The position numbers and the translations under genes are program-made. DNA of 64,000 bases from contig OZ245046.1 of NCBI GenBank assembly GCA_965224245.1, positions 4,032,001-4,096,000 on the forward strand. The letters are read 5' to 3'. Position 1 is the stretch's first letter. Every line of letters starts with the position of its first letter. The notes below the pieces were generated by a model, which searched no databases, was not told the DNA's origin, and saw nothing but the letters and a program-made list of their open reading frames with translations. The stretch comes from Candidatus Eiseniibacteriota bacterium (GTDB lineage Bacteria > Eisenbacteria > RBG-16-71-46 > CAZAMP01). This document shows, one piece after another, positions 47,505 to 56,596 of this stretch.

Positions 47505-48467
47505 ATGAAGCGGATACTCGTTACCGGCGCCCTCGGACAGATCGGATCGGAGCTCACCGCCGCTCTTCGCGAGCGCTTCGGCGCCGACGACGTCGTCGCC
47601 ACCGACGTGGCGAGCGCCGCGAGCGGAACGCTCGCGACGTCCGGACCGTTCGAACAGCTGGATGTTACCGCCGCCGACGCGGTAGCACGAGCTTTTCGGC
47701 GACACGAGATCGACACGGTCTATCATCTCGCCGCGCTGCTCTCGGCCACCGGCGAGCGCAAGCCCGATCGATGCTGGGAGGTCAACGTCGACGGTACCCG
47801 CAACGTGCTGGACGCCGCGGTGCAGCACGGTGTCTCGCGGGTGCTGATCCCGTCGTCGATCGCGGTGTTCGGGCCGGAGACCCCGCGAGACGACACGCCG
47901 CAGGAGACCGTCATCCGACCGCGTACGATGTACGGCATCACCAAGGTCGTGGGCGAGCTCCTCGGCGAGTACGTCTCGCGGACCACCAAACTCGACGTGC
48001 GCGGCCTGCGCTACCCGGGGATCATCTCCAGCGAGACGCAGCCCGGCGGCGGTACGACCGACTACGCGGTCGAGATCTTCTACGAGGCCGTCAGGCACGA
48101 TCGCTACACCGCGTTCGTCCGCGAGGACGTCCGCCTCCCGATGATGTACATGCCCGACGCCGTCCGCGCGATCATGGAGCTGGCCGAAGCCGATCGCGCC
48201 TCGCTGCGACACCCCACCAGCTACAACCTCACCGCGATGTCGTTCTCGGTGGGCGAGCTGGCCGCCGAGATCCGCAAGCACCGGCCGGGGTTCACGTGCG
48301 CCTACGAGCCCGACTTCCGTCAGGCCATCGCCGAGAGCTGGCCCCGCACGATCGACGACTCGGCCGCGCGGCGGGACTGGGGCTGGAGACCGCGGTACAC
48401 GCTGGCCGACATGACGCGCGACATGCTGGAGCGGCTCGAGGCCCGGCTCGCCGCCGGGACGCTGTAG
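47505..48467 (+). CDS. tdh: L-threonine 3-dehydrogenase (SDR/epimerase type)
   Basis: 'GALGQIGSEL', 'HLAALLSATGE', 'MYGITK', 'PGGGTTDYAV', 'LPMMYMPD', 'RQAIAESWP'. Confidence 0.88.
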   Translation: MKRILVTGALGQIGSELTAALRERFGADDVVATDVASAASGTLATSGPFEQLDVTAADAVARAFRRHEIDTVYHLAALLSATGERKPDRCWEVNVDGTRNVLDAAVQHGVSRVLIPSSIAVFGPETPRDDTPQETVIRPRTMYGITKVVGELLGEYVSRTTKLDVRGLRYPGIISSETQPGGGTTDYAVEIFYEAVRHDRYTAFVREDVRLPMMYMPDAVRAIMELAEADRASLRHPTSYNLTAMSFSVGELAAEIRKHRPGFTCAYEPDFRQAIAESWPRTIDDSAARRDWGWRPRYTLADMTRDMLERLEARLAAGTL

Positions 48468-48787
48468 ACCGGCCAGGATCTCAGCGCACGTCGATCGACC
48501 GGGAGTGCGAGATCGGGGTGGGGCGTCCTCGCGAGAGAGCCGGGAAACGATCGCGCGAATGAACGAGACGGTCACGCCGGGGATCCTGCTCGCGATCACC
48601 TCTGGATACACGGCAACGGACGTATCAAACGGCGTCCGGCGGCCACCCCTCGTCGATACCCGGTGCCCGGCGGAGATCGCCACCTCGCCCCCGAGGGAGC
48701 GCGACGCTCACGCTACGCCCTGAGTTCTCCAGACCGAGCAGGTTTCGGGTACGACCACGCCGGCCAGGTGAGCGAGGAGGTCGACAG

Positions 48788-50215
48788 ATGTCTGGACGAG
48801 TGATGACGGTATTCCTGGCCGCGGCGCTGGTGACCTCGGCTGCCGACGCGGCGCCCCCGTGCGGCGACTGGTCGATCGTCGAGACGCCGAACCCACCCTC
48901 GGGGCACAACGCACTGACCGGACTGGGCGTCTGGTCGGCCGACGTCGCCTATGCGCTCCGCACCGGTGGCGCCGGCTCGTTCGTGCACGAGTGGGACGGC
49001 GCGGCGTGGACCGAGGTCCCACTACCGGATCTCGCGGTGGAGGGCGGATTCTCTCCGCGCGCGATCACCGCGGTGGACGGGCACGCGTGGATCGCCAGCC
49101 TGGTCGTCACGGGCGTCGGCGGCCCCGGACTCCAGCATCTCCTGTGCTGGGACGGGACCGACTGGGTCACCGAGACCTGGATCGAGCTCGCCCCGACCAC
49201 CGATGGGCTCCCCCGTTCGGGCTCCCCCGAGGACATGGACGGCATCGCCGCGGACGACATCTGGATCGTGGGTATCGCCGACGGGACCGGCGATCCCGTC
49301 GCGGGGAACCCGTTGCTCACCGTCCACTGGGACGGCAACGAGCTCGTGGAGTACATGACACCCGGCGTCGGCAACCGGCAGAACTGGCTCACCGGCGTGA
49401 CCGCCATCGCGCCGGACGACGCGTGGGCGGTCGGGTACTACAACACCACCGGCGGTGGGGGCCACTTCCATGGGCTGGTGTATCACTGGGACGGGTCGAG
49501 CTGGACGCACGTTCCGACGCCCGCGGAGGCACTGGATGGATCGCACCTTCAGGCCGTCGACGCGATCGCCGCCGACGACATCTGGGCGGTCGGCGACGTG
49601 CTCGGGGAGCCGCTCTTCATGCACTACGACGGCTCCGACTGGAGCATCGTCCCCGGCCCGACGACGACGATGACCCAGTCGCTGTACGCGGTAGCCGCCG
49701 CCGCGACCGACGACGTGTGGGCGGTGTCGTACGGCAACGAGAAGCGTTTCTATCACTACGACGGCTTCGCCTGGGAGGCGATGCCGTTCCCGGACGTGCC
49801 CGGCGCCACGAGCATCGACCTGCACGGCGCCATGGACTCCAGCGGCGGCTGTGACGTCTGGGCGGTCGGCGGTCAGACGATCGAGGGTCGGATCTACACG
49901 CTGGCCGCGCACCTCGTCGGCGACGTGGTCAGCGTCGCCGACGTGTCGAGCCCCCCGAGCCTCGTGCCGCAGGCGGCACCGCACCCGTTCACGCAGGCGA
50001 CGCGAATCACGCTCGAGCTTCCGGACGCCTCCGACGTGGAGCTCGATCTGTTCGACACCGCCGGCCGGCGCGTTCGATCGGATCGGCACGCGGCCATCCC
50101 GGCCGGCACCCATACCGTGACGCTGCGCGCCGACGGCCTGGCGCCAGGCTCCTACCTGCTGCGCGCCACCGCGAACGGGATGACGAGCACGCGCAAGCTC
50201 GTGGTCGCTCCCTGA
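48788..50215 (+). CDS. Secreted beta-propeller protein with C-terminal FlgD/T9SS-type sorting domain
   Basis: GAGGAGG RBS and signal peptide. 'DD.WAVG...HWDG..W' repeats, then 'PHPF...FDTAGRRV...GSYLLR...RKLVVAP'. Confidence 0.88.
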   Translation: MSGRVMTVFLAAALVTSAADAAPPCGDWSIVETPNPPSGHNALTGLGVWSADVAYALRTGGAGSFVHEWDGAAWTEVPLPDLAVEGGFSPRAITAVDGHAWIASLVVTGVGGPGLQHLLCWDGTDWVTETWIELAPTTDGLPRSGSPEDMDGIAADDIWIVGIADGTGDPVAGNPLLTVHWDGNELVEYMTPGVGNRQNWLTGVTAIAPDDAWAVGYYNTTGGGGHFHGLVYHWDGSSWTHVPTPAEALDGSHLQAVDAIAADDIWAVGDVLGEPLFMHYDGSDWSIVPGPTTTMTQSLYAVAAAATDDVWAVSYGNEKRFYHYDGFAWEAMPFPDVPGATSIDLHGAMDSSGGCDVWAVGGQTIEGRIYTLAAHLVGDVVSVADVSSPPSLVPQAAPHPFTQATRITLELPDASDVELDLFDTAGRRVRSDRHAAIPAGTHTVTLRADGLAPGSYLLRATANGMTSTRKLVVAP

Positions 50216-50236
50216 GGCAGTGAGAGCAGGCGCAAA

Positions 50237-50266
50237 GAGGCCGGGGGCGCCACACGCTCCGGCCTC
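50237..50266. terminator. Hairpin between convergent genes (probable terminator)
   Basis: GAGGCCGG/CCGGCCTC stem with AAA to its left. Confidence 0.6.
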
Positions 50267-50320
50267 GTTCCTCGTTCTCGAGTGCGGTCGACGATGTGCG
50301 TGGACGCCCGTCGGGTCGGG

Positions 50321-51460
50321 TCAGTCGAGACAGTCCCACGGCCGAGCCTCGCACGCGTCGGCCGCGGCCAGGAGTCGCTCCGCGTCGTCGGTGAGGCTCG
50401 CCGAGGTGATGGCCCGTGCCAGCTCGCGCGCCCGCTCGGGCCGGTCCGTCTTCAGGCACGCGTACGCCAGGTGATGGCGGAGCCCGTCGTCCAGGAGGTG
50501 CATCGCCTCGAGCCGGGGCAGCAGCGCCACCGCGGCCTCGTACCGTTCGCTCGAGACCAGGATCGCCGCGCGCTGCGGGATCCGCCGTGCGTCGTCGGCG
50601 ACCCTCGCGTTCCACGCGAGCGCCTCGGAGTACCGCCTGGCCAGCCGGAGCTGATCGGCCACCTCGAACGCGTGTGCCTCCCCCGACTTGCTCTCGATCC
50701 GTGACGCCTCGGCGAACAGCCGTCCCGCCGCCAGGTGATTCTCCAGCGACGCGTGCACGAAGGCGAGCTGGGCGATGATCGTCGCGTCGCGACGGAAACG
50801 GAGGCGTCCCTCTTCCAGCACCGCCGCCGCGTCCTCGAGGCGACCGGCCCGACGAAGCGCCTCCCCCATGACCACCCACGCGTTGGAGTCGTCGAGATTG
50901 ACCTCGAGGAACCGCCTGGCCACGTCCATCGCCGTCTCGTACAGGCCGATCTCGATCAGCATCAGGGCGCGCTCCCGCCACAGGATGTCCGCATCGGGGA
51001 AGCGTTCGCTCCCGAACGCGAGCGTCTCGTACGCTCGCCGGGGCTTTCCCAGCTCGCGCTCGACGCGAGCCCGGAGCTCGAAGTACCCGGGGAGCTGCGC
51101 GCCGGCGCTCGCGCCGCGCTCGAGCGCGTCCAGCGCGCCCTCGTGGTCCGCCAGCGCGTAGCGCGCCTGACCGAGGTACAGCCAGACCCCGAGGCGGTTG
51201 GGGCGCTCGTCGAGCACCGACTCGAACAGCGTCACCGCCGTCGCCGCATCGCCGCGCTCGATCGCGACCAGTCCGCGGAGTGAGCGGACCTCGAGGTCCT
51301 CGCCGCCGATCGAGTCCAGGACGGCCTCGGCACGATCGAGCTCGCCGTCGAAGATCAGCTGGCGCGCGCGCTGGATCCGTTCGACGTCCTGTGCCAGAGC
51401 CCCGCCGAGCGTCACCAACGTCGTTACGATGACCAGAGCCGCCAGTGATGTGAAACGCAT
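50321..51460 (-). CDS. Exported TPR protein
   Basis: Signal peptide 'MRFTSLAALVIVTTLVTLGGALA' and multiple TPR-like helix pairs. Confidence 0.85.
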   Translation of the reverse strand: MRFTSLAALVIVTTLVTLGGALAQDVERIQRARQLIFDGELDRAEAVLDSIGGEDLEVRSLRGLVAIERGDAATAVTLFESVLDERPNRLGVWLYLGQARYALADHEGALDALERGASAGAQLPGYFELRARVERELGKPRRAYETLAFGSERFPDADILWRERALMLIEIGLYETAMDVARRFLEVNLDDSNAWVVMGEALRRAGRLEDAAAVLEEGRLRFRRDATIIAQLAFVHASLENHLAAGRLFAEASRIESKSGEAHAFEVADQLRLARRYSEALAWNARVADDARRIPQRAAILVSSERYEAAVALLPRLEAMHLLDDGLRHHLAYACLKTDRPERARELARAITSASLTDDAERLLAAADACEARPWDCLD

Positions 51461-51537
51461 GGTCCGCCTCGCGACTACTCACCCCTCGCGCCACCGCTCG
51501 GACGCGAACACCCGCCGACTCGTCGTTTCGCCGATCG

Positions 51538-52425
51538 TCAGCGACCAGGAGGAGGGGGTGGACCCGGCAATGGATCATCGGCTGGGGAGCTCGTCCCGTC
51601 GTCCCCCGACAGCACGACCGCCGCGGCGTAGCTCAGGACCACGACCGCTGCCAGCTGGACATAGGGATCCTGCACGGCGCGTTTGACGGCTCCCGGAACC
51701 TCGTCGAGCTCGACCGCCATCGTCTGGAGAGATCGTCCGATCAGCACCGTCTCCTCGTACGGGACATGACCGTCCGCACTCGCCCGCACGATGTACTCTC
51801 CGCGCGGCAGCATGTCGACGACGACGGTCGAGTCGCCTTCGAACGTCAGAAGCGTGTCGCTCGGCGAGCCAAGCTCGTCCACAGCGACGAGCGCGATGCG
51901 CGATGGGATCGGCGTGATCGGTGACAACCGGAGCTCCCCCTGGAATCTCGGCGCCTGGTCGATGAAGTACTCGACCATCTCGGGCGGGGCCTGGCCGTTC
52001 TCCGCCGGCCGCAGTCGACGGAGCTCCCACCGCTCGAGACCGCGACGCACCAGCTCCTGGCCATCCTCGAGCCACTGGAACGCGGTCTCGACGTCGGGGT
52101 CTTCGCCGGATCGGTAGCGTCCGGCGTACATGAAGTGTGTCTTGATGAATGCAAGGTAGGCTCGCGAATAGCACTCGCTCTCGACCGGGGTCGATTCGAC
52201 GACATCCTTGAGCATCCGGTAGGCATCTCCATGCTGAGACGCCCGTAGCGCGTCCTCGGCCCGGTCGACGACGGTCTCGCAGGGCGCTGATCCGACGACC
52301 GCGTGCTCGGCGTCGGATGTCTCGTCTGCGGCCATCGAAGCCGACGCGATGCCGAGGAGCCACACCGCAACGATCGACGGTCGTACCGGCTGCGTCACGA
52401 CCTCCCCCCTGTGAGCATCCATCAA
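51538..52425 (-). CDS. Exported protein with PEGA/carboxypeptidase-regulatory-like domain, C-terminal TM helix and proline tail
   Basis: Signal-like N-terminus, 'GEYIVRASADGH', hydrophobic helix, ends 'LPGPPPPPGR'. Confidence 0.7.
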   Translation of the reverse strand: MMDAHRGEVVTQPVRPSIVAVWLLGIASASMAADETSDAEHAVVGSAPCETVVDRAEDALRASQHGDAYRMLKDVVESTPVESECYSRAYLAFIKTHFMYAGRYRSGEDPDVETAFQWLEDGQELVRRGLERWELRRLRPAENGQAPPEMVEYFIDQAPRFQGELRLSPITPIPSRIALVAVDELGSPSDTLLTFEGDSTVVVDMLPRGEYIVRASADGHVPYEETVLIGRSLQTMAVELDEVPGAVKRAVQDPYVQLAAVVVLSYAAAVVLSGDDGTSSPADDPLPGPPPPPGR

Positions 52426-52490
52426 CGTCTTCCCCGTATTCTACGGTTCGCTACCGGCATCGTCAACGTTACGGACTTCGGCCAGCTCCG

Positions 52491-54392
52491 TCAGCCGCGG
52501 CGGAAGAGGCGCCCGAGCCAGCCCCCGGTGTTCCTGCGCTCCATCTCCTCGTTGACGAACTGGGCGAATGGCTCGGCGAAGAGGGCGTCGTCCTCGACCA
52601 GGCTCCGGGAGATCAGCTCGCGAACGATGAACTTCTGCGACTCGGGTACGCTCTTCCCGCGCGCGAGCTTGATCACGACCGAGCGTTGCCGCTCGTCGAG
52701 ATGGTCGAGTATGAAGCGGTAGTGGAACCGGGCCTCCTCGTAGAACCCGTGGCGGATCGCATCGAAGTCCGGCTGCTCGCTACCGGATCGAGAGGCCAGG
52801 CTGTCGAATGCATGCGCGCATGCGATCTGCAGATAGAAAGGCATCCGCCCGGCCAGGCTCAGAATCTGATCCGTGTACTGCGCGAGGGGTCGCCCTGCCG
52901 CGTGCGACGGCTCCCGGATGAGATACTCCGCCTCCTCCAGCGAAAACGCGGCGAGCCGGATGACGGAGAAGATGTTGAAGAACGGGGAATCGGACACCGC
53001 CTTGGTGTGACAGAGCGTTTGAAGATCGCTCGATGACGCCGTGACGTAGGCCACGTCGTACTGGTTGGCCAGCGCGCGCATGAACGCGAAAAAGTCCAGC
53101 TCGAAGCTCGCGTTCTGTGTGATCGCGCCGAACTCGTCGAACAGAATGGCGAGCTTGAAGCCCCCCTTTCCCAGCAGCGACACGAGCGACTTGATCCCAT
53201 CGAGGTCACACGTACAGGAGGAGATGTCGACCCGTCCCCGCAGCTCCAGCTGCACCATGTCGAGCAAGAGCCGGACGAACCCCGCGAGGTCCAGCTTCTG
53301 CCCCTGGAGATCGATGAACACCATGATCATGCGATCGGGGGCGGTCAGATACTGTGCCCTGAAGTGCCGCGAGTAGATCGCGTTCAACAGGGATGACTTC
53401 CCGCTTCTCATGTCGCCGACGATGGAGACCGACTGCGGCGTGTCCGCGTTGAGCCGCTCGAACACGAAGTGGAGCGCGTGTCGCCGCCCGACGAACTCCC
53501 GCGGATTCCGGATCGCCGATCGGCACAGGTAGGGATTGTCTCTCCGTCGCCCCGTGTCCCCGGGCGGAAAGGTCACGGTCGAGGCCAGCGACGCGTCTCC
53601 CTCCAGAGCCTCGAGGATCTCGGCCGCGGCCTCGATGCTCTGGAGTCGACTCTCGGGGTTCTTGTCGAGACACCGATTCACGAGATCGATCAATGCACCG
53701 GGCGCGTTCTGAATGTACTCGGACAGCGCGGACGGCTCACGGTGCACGATGTTGTAGAGCGTCGAGACCGCACGGTCACCGAGAAACGGGTTGACGCCGG
53801 TCAGCACCTCGTAGAGGAGCGTACCGAACGAGAAGACATCCGACAGCGTGGACACGGTCTCGCCCTTGACCTGCTCGGGTGACACGTAGGGGAACGTACC
53901 GGCCAGGTACTCGTCCTGGGAGATCGCCTGCAGATCGCGGGCCAGGCCGAGATCCAGGACCTTGACGACTCCGTCGCGGTTCACCATGACGTTCTTCGCC
54001 GAGAGGTCGCGATGGACGATCCCCCTCTCGTGGACGGCTCCGAGGCCGCGCGCGACCTGGAGCATCACGTGCACACCTTCGGCGAGCGTGGGTCGCCGTG
54101 CCTCCAGCATCGCCTGGAGCGTTTGCCCGTCCACGTACTCCATCACGATGTACGGCAAGTCGTTCTCGGTGCCGAGTCGGAACGTCTTCACGACGTTCGA
54201 GTGCTCGATCGCCGCCAGGATCCTCGCCTCGCGTTTGAGTCGCTCGAGCTGGGAGGCCTGCTCGGGCCTCAGCACCTTCACGGCGACGCGGCGCTCCAGT
54301 CCGATGTCCTCGCACAGGTGGACGATCCCGTAGCTGCCCTCACCCAGGGTCTCGATGATGCGATAGTCACGATCGATGACGCGGTCGCTCAT
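52491..54392 (-). CDS. Hanks-type protein kinase fused to a STAND-like P-loop ATPase
   Basis: Kinase: 'LGEGSYG', 'VAVK', 'HRDLSAKN', 'DLG', 'SPEQ'. ATPase: 'NPY...FVGR', 'GDMRSGKSS', 'ILFDEF', 'AGRMPFYLQ'. Confidence 0.9.
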   Translation of the reverse strand: MSDRVIDRDYRIIETLGEGSYGIVHLCEDIGLERRVAVKVLRPEQASQLERLKREARILAAIEHSNVVKTFRLGTENDLPYIVMEYVDGQTLQAMLEARRPTLAEGVHVMLQVARGLGAVHERGIVHRDLSAKNVMVNRDGVVKVLDLGLARDLQAISQDEYLAGTFPYVSPEQVKGETVSTLSDVFSFGTLLYEVLTGVNPFLGDRAVSTLYNIVHREPSALSEYIQNAPGALIDLVNRCLDKNPESRLQSIEAAAEILEALEGDASLASTVTFPPGDTGRRRDNPYLCRSAIRNPREFVGRRHALHFVFERLNADTPQSVSIVGDMRSGKSSLLNAIYSRHFRAQYLTAPDRMIMVFIDLQGQKLDLAGFVRLLLDMVQLELRGRVDISSCTCDLDGIKSLVSLLGKGGFKLAILFDEFGAITQNASFELDFFAFMRALANQYDVAYVTASSSDLQTLCHTKAVSDSPFFNIFSVIRLAAFSLEEAEYLIREPSHAAGRPLAQYTDQILSLAGRMPFYLQIACAHAFDSLASRSGSEQPDFDAIRHGFYEEARFHYRFILDHLDERQRSVVIKLARGKSVPESQKFIVRELISRSLVEDDALFAEPFAQFVNEEMERRNTGGWLGRLFRRG

Positions 54393-56575
54393 GGCGCTCC
54401 TCTTTCCGACTCGACTGACGTCGGTTCACGGCTCGTGACCGCCCTCTCGTCCGTGCTCCAGTGAACGAGCTCGCCCGACTCGACGTCGAATGGATGTGTC
54501 TCGCGTGTCGGCGGCTGTCCTGGATACTCGACGGTGATCGTATGCGAACCGGGATCGACCTCGAAGGGCCGGTCGAGATTGCTATAGTTGGAGCGCACGA
54601 TCGGCACCGGATCGTCATCGAGATAGGCCGACACGATCGAGTCGCCCTCGACGACGAGATAGGACTTCGGAACCTCCGAGAGCGTGTATGTCAGCGTCAC
54701 GTCCTGCGTGACGTCGACGACCTCCGTCCGTGGCACGAACCCCGCCGCCGTCACCTCGACCGTGTGCGTGCCATAGGGGACGTCCGAGAACGTGACCGGA
54801 GCAACACGTCGATCGCCGTCCAGGGCAACGGTCGCATTCGGCGGAGTGGTGCGCACGCTGACCTCCAGCCGGATGGGGCTGAGCGGAATCTCGACCTCGG
54901 TACGCTGCCGGAGGTCGATGGACTGCCCCCGCGGCTCGTAGCCCATCATCTCGGCACGGACCGTCGTCTCCGCAAGCAGCCACAGCGAATCGACGCCGAC
55001 CGGACTCGGCCCAATCATCTGTCCGTTCACGAAGACGGTCGCTCCGGTCGGCCGGGTCCGGATCTGGAGCGACACCAGGGTCTCCGGCAGCGAGATGCGC
55101 ACCTCGGCGGTGTCGCGTGCGACGAGGGTCACACTCTCGTCTCGACTCTCATAGCCCTCGGCCGACGCGTGAACCACGTAGTCACCGGCTTCGAGGCTCG
55201 CCTGTAGAAAGCCCGTCGATTGTCTCCCGTCACAGCTGATCGTGGCGTGCTCGGGGAGAACGTGGGCACGAAGCGTCGCGTACGCCTGTAGGATCTCGGG
55301 GCCGTTGTGGTCTTGTCTCGTGACGATGTAGCCGACCGCTCCGATCGCGGCCAGTGAGAGGATCGTTGCCGCCGCGATCAACGGTAGCGGAGTCCGGCGA
55401 CCGCTGCGCATCTTGAGCTCGCTGATGACCTGATAGACGGAGTGGGCTCGACGTATCCACTCGCGCCAGAGATCCATGCGGAAGGCGAAGGCTCCGTCCC
55501 GATCCTTGGTCAGAAAGTCCCTCTTCCAAAGGCCTTCCAGCGTGACCGCGATGTCGTGCTTCGAGAGGCGGATGACGTACGCCTTGCTCCGAAGATAGTC
55601 GTGGATCGTCGGCGCCGTCGACACCTCGGACGGGTCGTTCAGAACCTCGGCCAGCAGCGCCAGCGTCTGCTTCTCGTTCACGGCGAGCCCGTCCCACAGG
55701 AACGTCATCTGCGGATACGGGTTGTCGAGAATCGTGTGGACCACCCGTTCGATCAGGGCATGGGTCACGACGCGGCTCCTGGCCACGTTCAGCTGATCGA
55801 CGAGGCTCTGACAGATGGCCTGCGTGTAGAACGGCTGCCCCGCGGTGAGGCGTACGATGAAGTCAACCGTTCCGGGCTCGTACTCCGCCCGATTTGCGAT
55901 CGGCTCGATGATGAGGCGCTCGGTGTCGCGCCGGGTCAGGTAGCTGATCTTCCGGTACGTCGACTTCCCGATGAAGTGCTGCGCGTGACGACCCATCCGT
56001 CGTCGCTCGAGGTCGTGGGACCCGGTGAAGACGACGTACAGGGAGTGCTGCTCCATCAGCGACGACAGAACGCCGAGGACGTCATCGCTGATGACCCCGG
56101 TCTCGATCTTGGCGTCCAGGAGCTCGAACTCGTCGACCAGGAGAATGAGATTGAAGTCGGGGTTCCGCACCACGACCTCTCGGACGAAGTCGTGGAAGAC
56201 CTGGGCGGCCGGCGTCCCGCTGGAGAAGTCGTGGGTCGGAACCTGGTGTCGCGCCGGGTCGAGCGACGATCGCACCTCGTCGGCCACCCGTTCCAGGAAG
56301 CCTCGTTCGTTGCGGACGACCATCGACTGCATGTCGATCAGGACGGGAATGAACGTCGGACCGAGGCGCCCGGCCTGCACCTGGAACAGGATCGACGTCT
56401 TCCCGCTGCGCCGCTCCCCGCACAGGACGATGAACCCACCCAGGGAGTTCTCGCCCCTGAAGCGACTTCGGATGAGCTCGAACTCGTCCTTGCGACCGAA
56501 GAACATCTCCTTGTCGCGAATCGGGTTCCCCACCACGTAGGGGTTCGGCGAGATCGGCTTGAACATCTCGGACAT
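54389..56575 (-). CDS. STAND-like ATPase, TM helix and three to four PEGA domains (putative membrane receptor)
   Basis: 'NPYVVGNP...FFGR', 'GERRSGKTS', 'LLVDEFE', 'TAGQPFYTQ'. TM 'LIAAATILSLAAIGAVGYIV'. PEGA 'TRPTGATVFVNG', 'TTPPNATVALDG'. Confidence 0.88.
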   Translation of the reverse strand: MSEMFKPISPNPYVVGNPIRDKEMFFGRKDEFELIRSRFRGENSLGGFIVLCGERRSGKTSILFQVQAGRLGPTFIPVLIDMQSMVVRNERGFLERVADEVRSSLDPARHQVPTHDFSSGTPAAQVFHDFVREVVVRNPDFNLILLVDEFELLDAKIETGVISDDVLGVLSSLMEQHSLYVVFTGSHDLERRRMGRHAQHFIGKSTYRKISYLTRRDTERLIIEPIANRAEYEPGTVDFIVRLTAGQPFYTQAICQSLVDQLNVARSRVVTHALIERVVHTILDNPYPQMTFLWDGLAVNEKQTLALLAEVLNDPSEVSTAPTIHDYLRSKAYVIRLSKHDIAVTLEGLWKRDFLTKDRDGAFAFRMDLWREWIRRAHSVYQVISELKMRSGRRTPLPLIAAATILSLAAIGAVGYIVTRQDHNGPEILQAYATLRAHVLPEHATISCDGRQSTGFLQASLEAGDYVVHASAEGYESRDESVTLVARDTAEVRISLPETLVSLQIRTRPTGATVFVNGQMIGPSPVGVDSLWLLAETTVRAEMMGYEPRGQSIDLRQRTEVEIPLSPIRLEVSVRTTPPNATVALDGDRRVAPVTFSDVPYGTHTVEVTAAGFVPRTEVVDVTQDVTLTYTLSEVPKSYLVVEGDSIVSAYLDDDPVPIVRSNYSNLDRPFEVDPGSHTITVEYPGQPPTRETHPFDVESGELVHWSTDERAVTSREPTSVESERGAP

Positions 56576-56596
56576 CTCTCGCGCACCCTCGCTTCC

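Noticed and set aside
48468-48787. 320-bp gap with short hairpins and small ORFs
   Set aside because: No recognisable riboswitch, RBS-supported ORF or clear terminator.
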